From Marsupella aquatica (taxonomy: Eukaryota; Plantae; Marchantiophyta), in assembly GCA_973895155.1 (NCBI GenBank), contig OZ316894.1, positions 24,240,709-24,304,708 on the forward strand: 64,000 nt of DNA. Direction: 5' to 3'. Positions 61,801 to 64,000 of this stretch are shown here, in pieces (position 1 is the stretch's first letter; each line of letters starts with the position of its first letter). Below the pieces are notes generated by a model, which worked only from the letters and a program-made list of their open reading frames with translations, made no database searches and had not been told where the DNA came from. Made by a program: the position numbers and the translations under genes.

Positions 61801-64000
61801 AACAAATCATTCTATTGTATAAGATGGAAAATGTGAACACAAAATTGCAATCAGCTTGCCATTGCAACATCAGGGAGCTCTACCAGCGGGATAGAGTTCA
61901 GGTTTTGAAAAAAATGATGAAATCCTTGTTTCACTGGAGAAAAAAGCAGGTAAACCTGCCAGAAGTAACAGTAAAAATTGGGAATGAAAGCTACTTGGAG
62001 CAACATATATAAATCAGGAAATTTCACTTAATTATTCTCAAAAGAGCATCAATGAGGAGGATCAGTCAGGAGACGTTCCCATCTTGATTGCATAACAATT
62101 TAGCCTTAGTACAAAGCGCAGCAGCAATCTGGAAAACAAGAGCACTGAGAGAACAACAAGTGAACAACATTGAGGGAAAAGAGGTCTGATAGAGCATCTT
62201 TAACAATGAGACCACTTCAGTTGATCCACCACAAAAGTGCCAAGCAATATTTAGGTGGGGAGGAGGAGCTAGCTTAGTAAGCAGCCCACAGATTTCTAAG
62301 ATGACTGTCGGCAAACGAGGATGGAGAACCGGCTGAGACAGATAATCTATGGCAGTAGCTGGTGCAACTGGTTTAATTTATCAATCACATTTCTCAAAAT
62401 GCTGTAAATAGTATCATGGGAGTGAAATTTGACTCAATCCCTCTGAAGTCTATCTGAGTTGTATAAGTCTGTGGGAGCATAATAAATATTCATGGTCATA
62501 TATGATCTGTCCCCTTCCTTGCACCCCCAAACGCATATAAAAGCCTCATTCCCTCCCTCACTAGTCTCACCATTCCCTCCTCATTCTTGTCTCACCATAA
62601 AGGGTGGAGCGGTGGAGCACTTGCCAATAAAAGGTTATGCACTCACCACCGTCCATTCTTGAACCTCCAAACTTTATATTGAGAGCTATGGGTAACCCTT
62701 AGCTCTTTATAGCTAGGTGCACTGGTGGTTTAAGTGATGCCCCATAGTTACACCCTAGAGGCTTCATCTACACCTAGGCTTTCAATCCCAGATTACTCTA
62801 AGATAAGGACTTTAAAAAAACTTTTTCCATTATTTTGCTTTTGAAGTGGGATTTTTTTCCATTGACTTAAATTTGTTTTTTGTTTAATATTATTTACGGA
62901 CCCCATGAGAGGTCCCTTCCAAAATTCCTCACACCAGAGCGTGCCACATCAACAACGACCGCAACAAACAAGACTTGTCGGTTTTGTGAATTAAACTTAC
63001 AGTTTTCATTCGTGTTTACGTCAATTTGGGTGTAAATTTTGGGACACCATGCCATAAAAAGAAATGTAAAAATTTAGAAATGGAAAGAGCAAGAGGGTAA
63101 AACTGTCACTATGTAACCATTTTAGTTACGTATCTAATTTTAAAATTAAATTCAAAGTTTTGAAAAAAAAATCATATAATAAAGAATGACTAATAGTTAA
63201 CTTGATAACTTCCTTGTTAACGAGTAACTAGCACAATCATGGAGTAAGATTTCCAGCCTTTTGCAATTCAGGCAAACTGCCATGGTCGGAACTTATGGTC
63301 GGAACTTGAACTCAATGAATTGAACAATTCATTTGATCAGACCCCTGGGCCCTTAGTGTTACTAATACAGGGAGGACGTGCGAACAATGCAAGGGTATTT
63401 TTAATGTAATGCAAACTAATTTTTATAACAGTTTTTAAAGTAGGCAACATCCCTCTATATACATTCACCACAATATTAGTAATAAGGCAAGAATCAAATA
63501 CATGTCACATAAATCTTATGCAAGGGTACCCAAAATGCCAAGTACACGCGTCACTATATGGTTGACACACATGTCATCACTTCATTTGCACACATGTCCA
63601 TATAGTAAATCAGATATTTAATTATTATCGTCTTAAGGCAAGTTTGGTTTCGTTGGTCCCCTTATGGTGGAACAAATGGGTTAAGGTAGACATGTTTACC
63701 CGCATGTTTAGGAGTTAAGTGGGGAGTTGAGTAAATTTTGGGCCAGGATCTTTGGCCCAACTTGGTTGGGAAACTGGGATTGATGGGGATCCATGGATCA
63801 ATCCCACATGGACGGACAAGATTACTTTTGAATTCCCTTGAATCAAATAGCCATGTATGAGGCCAGATATGTTTGTGTATTGAGGGAGGGGTCTTGAGCG
63901 CTCAAACAATGTTTGTTATAGTTGGTTCAGACTTTGAAGTATTATTCCTGGATTATACATATATAGTACTAATGAAACTAGAAGTTCAGAGGCACTTTTG

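Overview
Eukaryotic, intron-containing plant DNA; the TE families suggest a non-seed land plant, which is inference only. Four spliced host genes lie on the minus strand: aspartate carbamoyltransferase (running off the left edge), a glutathionyl-hydroquinone reductase (CPWA-type GST), DXP reductoisomerase (DXR) and a COMT-family O-methyltransferase with an N-terminal extension. Between them is a nested TE landscape: a 5'-truncated CRE-like non-LTR element, two related Ty1/copia elements (one decayed, one with apparently identical LTRs), a decayed L1-type LINE, a twice-present 1.47-kb AGT...ACT element and several MITEs. Main observations: (1) both diverged copia elements keep an in-frame TGA at the same gag/pol junction, a candidate programmed readthrough site; (2) the LINE is split by a 2,001-bp TG...(C/T)A insert with a 5-bp TSD that carries an RPA70-C-like OB-fold/Zn ORF; (3) the young copia LTR carries a tandem array of MYB AC-like motifs and lies between DXR and the OMT; (4) one MITE family and the copia family are nested reciprocally. 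All alignments and counts were done by eye.
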